DNA from: Candidatus Eremiobacteria bacterium
GTDB lineage: Bacteria > Vulcanimicrobiota > Vulcanimicrobiia > Vulcanimicrobiales > Vulcanimicrobiaceae
NCBI GenBank assembly: GCA_963758295.1
Contig: CAVWUU010000004.1
Coordinates: 384,001-448,000 of the forward strand
Direction of reading: 5' to 3'
Length of the DNA: 64,000 nucleotides
The position numbers and the translations under genes were made by a program. The notes under the pieces were generated by a model that searched no databases, had not been told where the DNA came from, and saw nothing but the letters and a program-made list of their open reading frames with translations. This document shows, piece after piece, positions 19,541 to 29,901 of the stretch (its first letter is position 1; the number at the start of each line of letters is the position of its first letter).

Positions 19541-20689
19541 ATGGCCGCCAACTTGTCCCCCGGTGCGAGCGGGCTTTCAACCGGCTTCCCCACAGCCGCC
19601 GAACTCCAAGAGGAGATCGAGCGGCTCCGAAGCCGTGTTGCGATTTTGGAGGCTGAACGCGACGAGTACGCCCAACAGAATGCCGAACTCTTCGTCCTCC
19701 AACAAGTTTTCTCCACCATCAACTCCACGCTCGAGATAAACGACATCCTGTCGATGGTTCTTCGAGGCGTGGTCGAAGCGCTGAAATTCAAGCGCGTCAT
19801 TCTCTTCGACGCGCTCGAGGGCGGCACCATCATCCGCCGGCTCGAATGTGACGTAAACGGCGCCGTCGTTCATGCCGTCGATCCCCGAGAATTTCGTCTG
19901 AACTCGGCGCTGCATGATGTAGCACACGGCGATCTACAGTTGGCTTACGGGAACGCCGACGATCCGGACCGGCCGCTCGACGATGCGCGCGGCTTCTATT
20001 GCGTAGCGCCCCTCGTTGCGCGCGACGTGGTCCGCGGGATGCTCTATGCCGACGATCCGCCGGGCGAAGAAATCACAGAAAACCAGCTTCGCGTCTTGCT
20101 CGACTTCGCGTCGCAGGCGGCAATTGCGGTCGAGAACGCGCGTTTATATGAAGAGACGCGCCGGCTTCTGGAAGAAACGCAGCGTCTGGCGAATACCGAC
20201 AGCCTCACCGGCATTCCGAACCGCCGGGCGCTCAACGACATGCTGGATCGCGAGTTGCATACGTCGGAGCGTTACGATACGCCGTTTGCGTTCGTCATTC
20301 TCGATCTCGACGACTTAAAGAAAATCAACGACTCCGGCGGTCACAGCCTTGGAGACTTGGCGCTCAAGCGATTCGCGCAAGTTTTGAAGAAAAACGCCCG
20401 TAAAGGCGACATCGTCGCGCGCTATGCCGGCGACGAATTCGTGCTCATCATGGCACAAAGCGATCGCGAACAGACGTCTAAAGGCGTCGAACGCATCATG
20501 TCGGCCCTGCGGCGCAACGGGCTTGCTTCGTCGATCGGCGTTGCGATGTTCCCGCTGGACGGCACCGACGGTCAGACGCTCTTCTTTGCGGCCGACGAGG
20601 CGTTGTACCAGGCTAAGCAAGGCGGCAAGAACCAATTCCGATTCTACGACCGCAAGAAGCCCGACACCGCCGAGGATGCGAGCGCCTAG
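19541..20689 (+). CDS. GAF-domain diguanylate cyclase
   Basis: Coiled coil, GAF, TDSLTGIPNRR, LDLDDLKKIND, RYAGDEF, ADEALYQAK. Confidence 0.92.
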   Translation: MAANLSPGASGLSTGFPTAAELQEEIERLRSRVAILEAERDEYAQQNAELFVLQQVFSTINSTLEINDILSMVLRGVVEALKFKRVILFDALEGGTIIRRLECDVNGAVVHAVDPREFRLNSALHDVAHGDLQLAYGNADDPDRPLDDARGFYCVAPLVARDVVRGMLYADDPPGEEITENQLRVLLDFASQAAIAVENARLYEETRRLLEETQRLANTDSLTGIPNRRALNDMLDRELHTSERYDTPFAFVILDLDDLKKINDSGGHSLGDLALKRFAQVLKKNARKGDIVARYAGDEFVLIMAQSDREQTSKGVERIMSALRRNGLASSIGVAMFPLDGTDGQTLFFAADEALYQAKQGGKNQFRFYDRKKPDTAEDASA

Positions 20690-20907
20690 CCTCGAGCCTT
20701 TGGACGGCCGGCCGAAACGGCCGTTCGCAAGCCAAGGCGTTAACGGGTCGATCGCCCGGTCCCAAATCGGAGTGAACGCTCGACCGCCGCGAGCAACGCT
20801 AGGGCAGCGGTCACGGGCGGGTAAGCTTACCTACCATTGTAGTGGTCACCCACGCGGAACGAGAGTATAAAGAAGCAAACTCCCTGTAGTCCTGGGAAAG
20901 GCTCACG

Positions 20908-22593
20908 TTGATCAAGCACGACGTCGTCGTCATTGGTGGCGGTCTGGCCGGCATGCGCGCCGCAGTCGAAGCTGCGGAGCTCGGGGCCGACGTCGCTATC
21001 GTTTCAAAGATGCACCCGGTGCGCAGCCACTCCGGCGCCGCACAGGGCGGCATCAACGCCGCACTCGGAAACCGCGAAGAGGACAGCCCGGAAGCCCATA
21101 CCTTCGACACGGTGAAAGGCTCCGACTATTTGGGTGATCAGGACGCCATCGAAGCGATGTGCGAAGATGCGCCCAAACAAATCATTTGGCTCGAGCATCG
21201 CGGCTGCATCTTCTCCCGTCTGCCTGACGGCCGGATTGCCCAGCGCCCCTTCGGCGGCGCCGGCGCTCCCCGCACGTGCTACTCCGCGGACGTAACCGGC
21301 CTCGTTATCCTGCACACCCTTTGGGAGCAGCTCGAGCGCTTCGGCGTCAAAGTCTATGAAGAGTACTTCTGCACGGCACTCGCGACCGAAGACGGCATCG
21401 GAACCGGCGTGGTTGCGTACAACATGCGCAATGGACAACTCGAGCTGATCACCGCCAAAGCGACGATCTTCGCGACGGGCGGCGCGGGCCGCATGTACCT
21501 CAAGACAACCAACGGCTACGCATCGACGGCCGACGGCATGGGGATTGCATACAAGGCGGGCATCCCGCTGATGGATATGGAGTTCATGCAATTCCATCCC
21601 ACCACGCTCAAAGAGAACGGCGTGCTAATGACCGAAGGTGCGCGCGGTGAAGGCGGCTACCTGATCAACGCCGATGGCGAGCGCTTCATGTTCAAGTACG
21701 CGCCAAATAAAGGCGAACTCGCTTCGCGCGACGTCGTTTCCCGCGCTGAATGGACGGAGATTCTCGAAGGCCGCGGCGTGAACGGCTGCGTCATGCTCGA
21801 CCTGCGTCACCTCGGACGCGAAAAGATTCTCGAACGTCTCCCGCAGATTCGCGAGCTCGCCCTCGACGCAACCGGCAAGGATGCGATCAACGAGCCGATT
21901 CCGATTCTTCCCGGCGCTCACTACACCATGGGCGGCATCGAAACCAACAAGTTCGGCGCAACTCGCATCCCCGGCGTCTATGCCGCGGGCGAGTGCGCGT
22001 GTGTCAGCGTCCACGGTGCAAACCGGCTCGGCGGCAATTCGCTGCTCGACACGATTGTCTTCGGAGCGCGTTCGGCACGCCACGCCGTCGAGTACATCAA
22101 GCAAGTCGGCGACGTAAAGCCGTCGGAACGCACGCTCAAGCAAGAACAGGACCGCGTCAAGGAACTGCTCTCGCGTACGAGCGGTACGCGGGCGCCGCAG
22201 CTGCGTCACGCCATGAACGTCACGATGAGCGATAACGCATTCATCTTCCGCGACGAAGAGGGCCTTCAGGCCGCTGTCGACGAGCTCACGCGCGTTCGCA
22301 AGGAATTCGATGCGGGCGTTTACGTGATGGACAAATCGTCGACGTTCAATACCGACCTCGTCTCGACATTCGAGACCGACTATCTCATCGACGCGGCACT
22401 TTCTCTCGCGACCGGCGCGCTCAATCGCAAGGAATCGCGCGGAGCCCAATCGCGTACGGACTTCCCCGAACGCGACGACGCCAACTGGATGAAGCACACG
22501 CTTGCGTGGCGCCAAGAAGACGGCACGCCGCGTATGGATTACTCGCGAGGCATTACGATCACGAAGTTTGAGCCGCAGGTGAGAACGTACTAA
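20908..22593 (+). CDS. sdhA: Succinate dehydrogenase/fumarate reductase flavoprotein
   Basis: [16 protein letters not shown] (covalent FAD His), [27 protein letters not shown]. Confidence 0.97.
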   Translation: MIKHDVVVIGGGLAGMRAAVEAAELGADVAIVSKMHPVRSHSGAAQGGINAALGNREEDSPEAHTFDTVKGSDYLGDQDAIEAMCEDAPKQIIWLEHRGCIFSRLPDGRIAQRPFGGAGAPRTCYSADVTGLVILHTLWEQLERFGVKVYEEYFCTALATEDGIGTGVVAYNMRNGQLELITAKATIFATGGAGRMYLKTTNGYASTADGMGIAYKAGIPLMDMEFMQFHPTTLKENGVLMTEGARGEGGYLINADGERFMFKYAPNKGELASRDVVSRAEWTEILEGRGVNGCVMLDLRHLGREKILERLPQIRELALDATGKDAINEPIPILPGAHYTMGGIETNKFGATRIPGVYAAGECACVSVHGANRLGGNSLLDTIVFGARSARHAVEYIKQVGDVKPSERTLKQEQDRVKELLSRTSGTRAPQLRHAMNVTMSDNAFIFRDEEGLQAAVDELTRVRKEFDAGVYVMDKSSTFNTDLVSTFETDYLIDAALSLATGALNRKESRGAQSRTDFPERDDANWMKHTLAWRQEDGTPRMDYSRGITITKFEPQVRTY

Positions 22594-22596
22594 ACG

Positions 22597-23568
22597 ATGG
22601 CAAATATTAAACTCGATATCTTCCGTTTCGACGAAGCGACCGACACGATTCCGCATCGCGATGTCGTTGAAGTCGACGTTCCCGAGACGATGACGGTGCT
22701 CGACGCCCTCGAAACCGCCAAAGCGGAAATCGACGGATCGATCAGCTTCCGCCGTTCGTGCCGTTCCGCAATCTGCGGTTCGTGCTCGATGAACATCGGC
22801 GGCGTCACCAGCCTCGCTTGTAAGACCCCGTGCAACGCGGTCATGGACGAAGACAACGTCGTCAAGGTCGACCCGATGCCGAATTTCCAGCCGATGAAAG
22901 ACCTCGTCGTCCATATGGACCCGTTTTGGGACAAATATGCGCGTCTGAAGCCCTATCTCCAGCCGAAGGACAAAGACTCGGAGCACCAGACCGAGCGCCG
23001 CGTTTCGCCCGACGACATGAAAAAACTCGTCGACGTCGCGAACTGCATCATGTGCGCAACGTGCTACGCGCTTTGCCCGGTCGTGAGCGTCGACCCGGCC
23101 TTCGCCGGGCCCGCGGCGATCGCGTATGCGTACCGCTTCATCGAAGACGTGCGCGACGGCAAGCGTGAAGAGCGCATCGGCCAGATTTCCGAAGATTATC
23201 TCTGGCTGTGCGCGCACTGCTACGCGTGCTCGTACTGCCCAAAACACGTCAATCCGAACGATCGTATCGTCGATGTGAAACGTGCCGCGGTGAAGGATCG
23301 CGTTATGATGGACGAACGCGGACCGCGTCACGCGCTCGTCGTAGCAAAGACGATCAAGCAGACCGGTATGCTTGCGGAAACCGAAGTCATTCTGGGGACC
23401 GTGGGACGCTTCAACATCAAGGGCATGCTGAAAGTCACATTCCTCGGCGCGGCGCTCGGCGCACGCATGGGCCTTAAAGGCAAACAGCCGCCCATCTTCG
23501 TTAAGCCGATTCCGAAAGTGGACGAAGTCCGCACAATTTTTGAAGCCCTGGAGGTCCCGGTCAGCTAA
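22597..23568 (+). CDS. sdhB: Succinate dehydrogenase iron-sulfur subunit (type E-like, C-terminal extension)
   Basis: CRSAICGSC...C (2Fe-2S), CIMCATCYALCP, CAHCYACSYCP. Confidence 0.93.
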   Translation: MANIKLDIFRFDEATDTIPHRDVVEVDVPETMTVLDALETAKAEIDGSISFRRSCRSAICGSCSMNIGGVTSLACKTPCNAVMDEDNVVKVDPMPNFQPMKDLVVHMDPFWDKYARLKPYLQPKDKDSEHQTERRVSPDDMKKLVDVANCIMCATCYALCPVVSVDPAFAGPAAIAYAYRFIEDVRDGKREERIGQISEDYLWLCAHCYACSYCPKHVNPNDRIVDVKRAAVKDRVMMDERGPRHALVVAKTIKQTGMLAETEVILGTVGRFNIKGMLKVTFLGAALGARMGLKGKQPPIFVKPIPKVDEVRTIFEALEVPVS

Positions 23569-24518
23569 TGTCTGCCACTCTTCTTCCCGAAGACCGCGCC
23601 GTCGATTCGCACAAGGCATCGAAGTCGCGTGAAACCAAGCGGTACGGGTTTTTCCCGGGCTGCGTCGCCAAAGAGTCTTGCAAAGAACTTTTCAACTCGA
23701 CGATGCTTCTTGCCGACAAACTGGGCATCGAACTGATCGAGCTGACCGCGGCATCGTGCTGCGGCGCATCGGTTGTCAACGACGTGAACCGCGACGTCGC
23801 CCGCGTGCTCAACGCGCGCACGTACGCTCAAGCCGAGGCCCTCGGTTTGGACGACGTCATCACGATCTGCTCCACGTGCACCGGCCACATGCGCGCGGCC
23901 AACAAAGAACTGCTCGAGAGCGAAGAGCGCATGGACCATGCCAACGCCATCCTCGGCAAGTTCGGCGCGAAGTACAACGGCGGCGTCATGGTGCGCCACC
24001 TGTTGTGGATGCTTATCGACGACATCGGGCTCGACAATCTGCGTAAGATGGTCGTGCGTCCGCTCAACGGCCTTAAAGTTGCGCCGTTCTACGGCTGCCA
24101 TATCATCCGTCCCGAAAACGTCAACGGCTGGGAATCAGCCCGCAATCCGCATTCGCTTGAAGACGTCATCGAAGCACTCGGCGGTGAAGCCGTCGACTAC
24201 GCCGGCAAGACGCGTTGCTGCGGCTTTCACATCCAGCTCGAAAAAGACAACACCGCGGCAAACATGGTCGGTCAGAACATGCGCATGGCGAAGGACCACG
24301 GCGCGGAAGCCGTGATCACCCCGTGCCCGCTGTGCCATCTTGCGCTGGACGGCTATCAACAAGATTCTGCGGCGCGTTGGGGCCGCACGGATCTGCCGAC
24401 GTTCCACCTTCCGCAGCTCGTCGCGTTCGCGCTCGGCGTTGCCCCGGAGAAACTTGGCTTGAACAAGCACCTGATCGATCCGCGCACCATCATGGTGGAA
24501 CGCGAGCTCATTAGCTAA
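23568..24518 (+). CDS. CCG-domain (HdrB-like) subunit of type-E succinate:quinone oxidoreductase
   Basis: FPGC...SCCG...CSTC and YGC...RCCG...CPLC tandem CCG domains. Confidence 0.9.
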   Translation: MSATLLPEDRAVDSHKASKSRETKRYGFFPGCVAKESCKELFNSTMLLADKLGIELIELTAASCCGASVVNDVNRDVARVLNARTYAQAEALGLDDVITICSTCTGHMRAANKELLESEERMDHANAILGKFGAKYNGGVMVRHLLWMLIDDIGLDNLRKMVVRPLNGLKVAPFYGCHIIRPENVNGWESARNPHSLEDVIEALGGEAVDYAGKTRCCGFHIQLEKDNTAANMVGQNMRMAKDHGAEAVITPCPLCHLALDGYQQDSAARWGRTDLPTFHLPQLVAFALGVAPEKLGLNKHLIDPRTIMVERELIS

Positions 24519-24549
24519 TCGTTCATTTCTACTCCGAAAACAGATGAAC

Positions 24550-24579
24550 AAGCGCCGTAAAGCGGCGCTTCTTCTGTTT
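24550..24579 (+). terminator. Intrinsic terminator of the sdh operon
   Basis: AAGCGCCG-TAAAG-CGGCGCTT hairpin plus CTTCTGTTT. Confidence 0.6.
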
Positions 24580-24591
24580 CAGGCGCTCTTG

Positions 24592-24614
24592 AAAAAGCCG
24601 CCCGGAAGGGCGGC
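24592..24614 (-). terminator. Intrinsic terminator of the 72-aa gene
   Basis: Minus strand GCCGCCC-TTCC-GGGCGGC-TTTTT. Confidence 0.7.
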
Positions 24615-24621
24615 GATTGGT

Positions 24622-24840
24622 TCAGACTACTTGATACGGGACCACGACTTCGATCCGGTCCACGTTTTGGGCGGGTATTTCTATCTGGTCGCCGTCGAAG
24701 CACACCAGCGGCATCGAATGACTGATGCGCTCAAGCATGTTTTCGCGCACGAATTCCGCCATTTCCCGTTGATTGTAGCGCTCGCATACGCTCTTACCGT
24801 CACGTAAACGAACCCAAAGCTCTACTGCAGCGTTGTCCAT
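24622..24840 (-). CDS. Small hypothetical protein (72 aa)
   Basis: GGAGG RBS before ATG (MDNAAVELWVRL...); candidate -10 TACCAT at 24860..24865; own terminator. Confidence 0.7.
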   Translation of the reverse strand: MDNAAVELWVRLRDGKSVCERYNQREMAEFVRENMLERISHSMPLVCFDGDQIEIPAQNVDRIEVVVPYQVV

Positions 24841-25030
24841 GTCGTCCTCCGAGATGGAGATGGTACCCACAAAATGGAAAGCCGCTCTCGGCTTCCAGCC
24901 GGAGAGCGGCCTTTTCTCGTCTGCGATCGTAGGTTTTCGCCGATTCGTGAACGCCGCCGGGGCGGAGATTCACGGGCGGCCCGAACCGAGGCACGATGCC
25001 GGACAAACGCCGGGGCTTTTTCTTTGCCAT
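24800..25030 (-). CDS. Small basic protein (76 aa), candidate ArfA/BrfA-like alternative ribosome-rescue factor
   Basis: GGGAGG RBS, extended -10 TGnTACTAT (25048..25056), MAKKKPRR...HESAKTYDRRREK; terminator hairpin inside the ORF. Confidence 0.6.
   Translation of the reverse strand: MAKKKPRRLSGIVPRFGPPVNLRPGGVHESAKTYDRRREKAALRLEAESGFPFCGYHLHLGGRHGQRCSRALGSFT
24871..24914 (-). terminator. Intragenic intrinsic terminator within the 76-aa ORF
   Basis: GCCGCTCTC(C)GGCT-GGA-AGCCGAGAGCGGC followed by TTTCCATTTT. Confidence 0.65.
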
Positions 25031-25082
25031 AGTAGACCTCCCACGGGATAGTAACACAGAGGTCGAACCACCCCGTTGCAAT

Positions 25083-26800
25083 ATGACGACCGCTGCCGTG
25101 CCTGCCGCGACCATCGATGGCCATCTGGAAGAGTTGCGCGCCGGCGCCGGCCGCTGGATCGCCATCCGACCCGCCCAAAAAGCCGCTTTGCTTACAAGCG
25201 TTCGCCAAAGCGTGGCAGCGAGGCCGAGCGCTGGGCGGAGGCCGGCTCGCGCGCAAAGGGAATCTTGCGGGCACGCCCCTTGAGGGCGAGGAATGGATAT
25301 CCGGGCCTTGGGCGGTGCTTTACGCGCTCAACCGCTATATCGACACGCTGCAGCAAATCGATCGAACCGGCGCACCGGGTTTCCCGCAACGCGTCTGCGC
25401 GAACGGCCCGGCGGACAACTCGTCGCCGACGTCTTCCCGTCTCGCTCTACGAAAGGTGCTGTTCAACGGCATTCGTGCCGAGGTGTGGATGGAGCCCGAC
25501 GTAAGGCGCGCAAGTTTGCGGAAACGCTCGGTATTTGGTACTGCAGCGCTCATCGCGACGCCAAGAGTCGCGTTGGTGCTCGGTGCAGGGAATATCTCTT
25601 CGATCGCCCCGCTGGACGTCTTCTACAAACTCGTTGCCGACGGCACGTTTGCATTCTGAAAATCAATCCGGTGAACGAGTATCTCGGGCCCGATTTTCGA
25701 GGCGGCCTTGAAACCGCTCGTCGACGGCGGATACTTGCGTTTCGCGTACGGAGGCGCGGAAACCGGCAAGTATCTAACCAATCATCCCAACATCGACGAG
25801 ATTCACATCACCGGAAGCGACAAGACGTTCGACGCGATCGTGTTCGGTGAGGGAGCCGAAGGCGCGCAACGGAAGCTTCGCGACGAAGCGATGCTTGAGC
25901 AAGCCCATTTCGAGCGAGCTTGGAAACGTCAGCCCGACGATCGTGGTTCCCGGGCCGTGGAATGATGACGATTTTGCGTTTCAAGCCCAAAACATCGTCA
26001 CCCAAAAGATGCACAACGGCGGGTTCAATTGCATCGCTTCACAGGTGTCGATCGTCCCTCCGATTGGCCCGGCAGCCGCCGATTGCTCGACGCAATTGCG
26101 CGCGTCATGGAACGCTCGCGGATCGGCCCGCCTACTATCCTGGAGCGGAGCACGGCAAGAACGCCTCACCATAAAGGATGCGGCCTTCAACGCTATGGCC
26201 GGAGTGGCGATGGCTTTGTTGCGCGAACCGTTCTGCACACCGCCCCGGATGAAACCGCGCACATCGCGTTTCGCAACGAAGCTTTCAGCAGCGTCCTCGC
26301 GGTGAAACGCTTGCCGGCGATACCGCCGCCTATCTGAAGCGGGCAGTGGATTTCGCAAATGCCGCTCTGTGGGGCACGCTTGGCGCAAACTCATCGTGCA
26401 TCCGGAAACAATGCGCGATTTCCCGGAAGACGTAGATAACGCGATTGCGAGTTTGCGCTACGGTTGCATCGGCGTGAATGCATGGACCGGAGTGGGATAT
26501 TTCATTGCTGAAACGCCGTGGGGCGCGTATCCAGGCCACGCGCAAAACGACATCCAAAGCGGAACCGGCGTAGTCCATAACAGCCACCTATTCTCCAGAT
26601 CGGAAAAGAGCGTCGTCTATGCGCCGTTCGCGCCGTTTCCACGAAGCTTCGCCGGATACGGCAACACGTTGCTTCCGAAGCCACCGTGGTTCGTAACGAA
26701 TAAAATGGCGGCGCACATCGGGCGCGCGCTTTGTGATTTTGAGGTGCGAAAAAACCCAATTTCCATGTCGCGCGTCGCTTTGTTAGCCCTGCTAGCCTAG
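25083..26800 (+). pseudogene. Aldehyde dehydrogenase family gene broken by more than 10 frameshifts (probably sequencing errors)
   Basis: Fragments across all three frames: LGAGN, LKINPVN, HITGS, SELGNVSP, GFNCIA, LRYGCIGVN, PWGAYPGH. Confidence 0.8.
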
Positions 26801-26861
26801 ACGCTGCCGCGCGGCGGCCCGCTTGCATTATCCCTTAAAAACGGGGCACAATAGCCCTGTT

Positions 26862-28247
26862 ATGACGGTGAGTGCTATTACGCGTGACAGCGTAGAGCCT
26901 GAAGATGTTGCGATCCTCTCGTCGTTCATCCTGACGGCAACCTTCTGGCTGCTGCTCGCAACGGCAGTCGGACTGCTTCTGAGTTTCAAGTTCCCATATC
27001 CCGATTGGGCGGCGAATCCGTTGCTGTCGTTCGGACGCTTGCGTGCTATTCATACAAACGGAACATTTTACGGATGGGCTTCGATCGCGCTTTCCGGCGC
27101 CGCCATTTACGTCGCTGCGCGCACTTCCGGCATCGCGATCGCCGGCAAGCGCTTCGCGTGGCTCAGTTTGATTCTCTATAACGTGGCGGCCATCTGCGGA
27201 ACGATAACGCTGGACCTTGGCATGAACTACGGCGATCAAGAGTATCGCGAATGGATCTGGTGGGTGAAGCTCATCTTCCTCGCGGCCGTGTTTTTCAGTG
27301 GTTTGACGGTCGTACGCACGGTCGATGCAACGGGTCGAAAGCGAGATCTACATTTCCAACTGGTATACGATCGGCGGTTTCGTTTTCACGATTATCCTTA
27401 GCATCGTAGCCTTCATTCCGACGTACCAAAACGGCTTAGGGCAAGTCGCCGTTCAGGCGTATTTCATGCACAACGCCGTCGGAATGTGGTTCACGTTTCT
27501 CGCCCTCGGCGTTACCTATTACGTCTTACCGAAGCTCTTGAACCGGCCGATCTATTCATACGCACTTGGCGTGCTCGGTTTTTGGACGAACCTCGTCTTT
27601 TATCCGGTCATCGGCGCGCATCATTACGAGTACACGCCGCTGCCATGGTGGTTCCAGACCCTAGCCATCGTCTTTAGCGTCGGCATGCTCGTCCCGGTTT
27701 GGGCGGGCACCGCGAACTTTGCGCTGACGATGCGCGGGCATGGCGAGGCGATCCGGCGATCGTACGCATTGCCGTTCATCGTTGTCGGCGTGGCCTATTA
27801 TTTCTTGGGTTCGACGCAAGGAACGATCGAAGCGTTTCGGAGTCTTCAGGCGATCTGGCATTTGACGAATTATACGGTCGGGCATTCGCACGCCACGATG
27901 TATGGATTCATAACGTTTCTCGCGTGGGGCGGAATTTATGCGCTCTTGCCGCGCGCGACCGGAAAACAGCCGAATCGCATCGCGACCGGCTGCATTTCTG
28001 GTTTGCGACTATCGGCGTGACGTTTTACGTGCTTTCGCTTTCCGTCGCGGGCACGGTGCAAGGACTCACCTGGGCGGCGGGTAATCCGTTTATCGCATCG
28101 GTCGATGCCGCAGCGCCCTACTGGGCGGGACGCGCCGTGGCCGGCTCGTTGATGTTCCTTGCGCATTTGCTCTTTGCATACAACGTGTTATTTAATGACA
28201 CTCGGCACGTCGCGCGTGAGTTCGAAATGGGAGACGCCCGCGCGTAA
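26862..28247 (+). CDS. ccoN: cbb3-type (C-family) heme-copper oxidase subunit I-like, frameshifted near 27330 and 27990
   Basis: FGRLRAIHTN, MHNAVG, YPVIGAHH, VGHSH: six His ligands spread over three ORF fragments. Confidence 0.8.
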
Positions 28248-28262
28248 GGCGGCGGCCGAAGG

Positions 28263-28845
28263 ATGAATCGCGGCATGAACAACGTTTGGAGCCTCGTTGC
28301 AGCCTGCGCGCTGATTTACGGCAGCATTAGCAATCTTGATGGGCGTCGTTCCCGGTATCGTCCTTTCGCAAAGTGCGCCGGCGCCGGGGCTGCGGCCGCT
28401 GAACGCGCAGGAGCAGCATGGACGCGAAATATACGTCGGCGAAGGGTGCGCCTATTGCCACACGCAGAACGTGCGGCCGCTGCAGCAAGATTTGGTCTTT
28501 GGGCGTCCTTCGATTGCGGGCGATTACGCGTACTCCACGCCGCAACTCCTAGGCACCGAACGAACCGGTCCGGACTTGAGCAACATCGGCGCACGGCAGC
28601 CGAGCGAAGTTTGGCAATATTTGCATTTGTGGAATCCGCGTTCGGTGGTCAACGCTTCGATCATGCCCCGATACCCGTGGCTTTTCATCGTTAAGGAGAA
28701 AGCCGATCCGCAAGACACCGTTGTTGCTGTTCCGGCTGCGTACGCGCCCGCGCATGGTGTTGTTGTAACGACGTCGGATGTACGCGATCTAGTAGCATAC
28801 CTCAAGGCACTCAAACAAGTGTCGCTGACGGCAGGCAAACAATGA
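28263..28845 (+). CDS. ccoO: cbb3-type oxidase subunit II-like monoheme cytochrome, frameshift near 28330
   Basis: GREIYVGEGCAYCHTQNVRP, GTERTGPDL, SIMPRYPWL. Confidence 0.85.
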
Positions 28846-29015
28846 ACGGAATGTCCATGCAGCCGCCTCACGGCGATGCCTTCGGCTGGATTGTAATAGC
28901 CGCCGGCACGCTGGCAACGGTCTGGACGATCGCCGCGGCAATTTACTGGACGGCAAGGCCGGGTGAACAAAGCGCCGACCATCCGAAACGCTTGATTCTA
29001 AAAGACGATCGATGA
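28842..29015 (+). CDS. Small single-TM protein (57 aa), probable oxidase accessory subunit
   Basis: MNGMSMQPPHGDAFGWIVIAAGTLATVWTIAAAIYWTARPGE...; ATGA overlaps at both ends; not in the ORF track. Confidence 0.65.
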   Translation: MNGMSMQPPHGDAFGWIVIAAGTLATVWTIAAAIYWTARPGEQSADHPKRLILKDDR

Positions 29016-29895
29016 TGCAAGATTCCGGATTAACGCCGAACGAACCGGTCTCCGTTACGCTCTTCCTCGACGAGTCGATAGAACCGTTCGCGACTTACAA
29101 GCCGCCGGCGGTCTTCCGGCTCGATACGACAACCTTGGCGGACGGCGAGCATTGGCTGCGCATTCAAGCGGTCGACGCCGTGGGACACGTTGGTGTGCGC
29201 CGCATCCCGTTCATCGTTTCGAATGGTCCCGGCATCACCGTGACCGGGCTACGCGCGGGCTCGCGAGTGCGGGGCGAAATCGAAGTCAACGTCAACGCTT
29301 TCGGATCCGAGGAACCGTTCGATCCGATACGAGCCGAATCCGAAGGGCCCGTCCCGGTATGGACCTGGGTTTTCTTTGCGATTATCGCCACGTGGGCGGC
29401 CTGGTATGGAATCGAGTACTTCAAGACGCCCGAAGCGTTCGCAAAAACTGCCGACGTACGCGGTGAATCCGGCTCTTGCCGCCGCTAACGCGCCCGCAGC
29501 ACAGATCGGCGCCCGCAACCCAGGCGCCGGTGGGCAAGAACGCGGCGCTCGGAAGCAAGAACGTCGCCGCCTTCGACTATGCGTCGCTTGGCATGCAAAC
29601 CTATGCTGCAAATTGCCAATCCTGCCACGGCGACGGCGGCGCGGGCGTCCCTGGAACGTTTCCGCCGCTGGCCGCCGATCCGGTCGTAAACGGCTCGGAC
29701 GGCGACGCTCAAGTGAAAATCGTGCTTCACGGATTGAGTGGGAAGACGATCGGCGGCACGCACTACGCCGCGCAAATGCCGCCGTTCGCGCAACTCAACG
29801 ACGCGCAGATTGCCGCGGTCATCGATCACGAACGCACGTCTTGGGGCAATAACGGCGCGCTCGTCACCCCGGATCAGGTGAAACGCGATCGCTAG
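29012..29895 (+). CDS. Ig-like domain + TM + class I cytochrome c fusion (frameshifted near 29450-29500)
   Basis: LDTTTLADGEHWLRIQAVD Ig-like strand pattern, TM helix, then CQSCH...FPPLA...QMPPF in downstream frames. Confidence 0.7.
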
Positions 29896-29901
29896 CGGGC
29901 T

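Noticed and set aside
20420..20440. AGDEF instead of GGDEF as a sign of a degenerate cyclase
   Set aside because: First-position variants are common, and the other catalytic motifs (DxD, KxxND) are intact.
21625..23619. 664-aa minus-strand ORF, and similar long antisense ORFs opposite pckA, pruA, rpoA and rpsD
   Set aside because: Shadow ORFs of high-GC, strongly codon-biased genes; no recognisable motifs.
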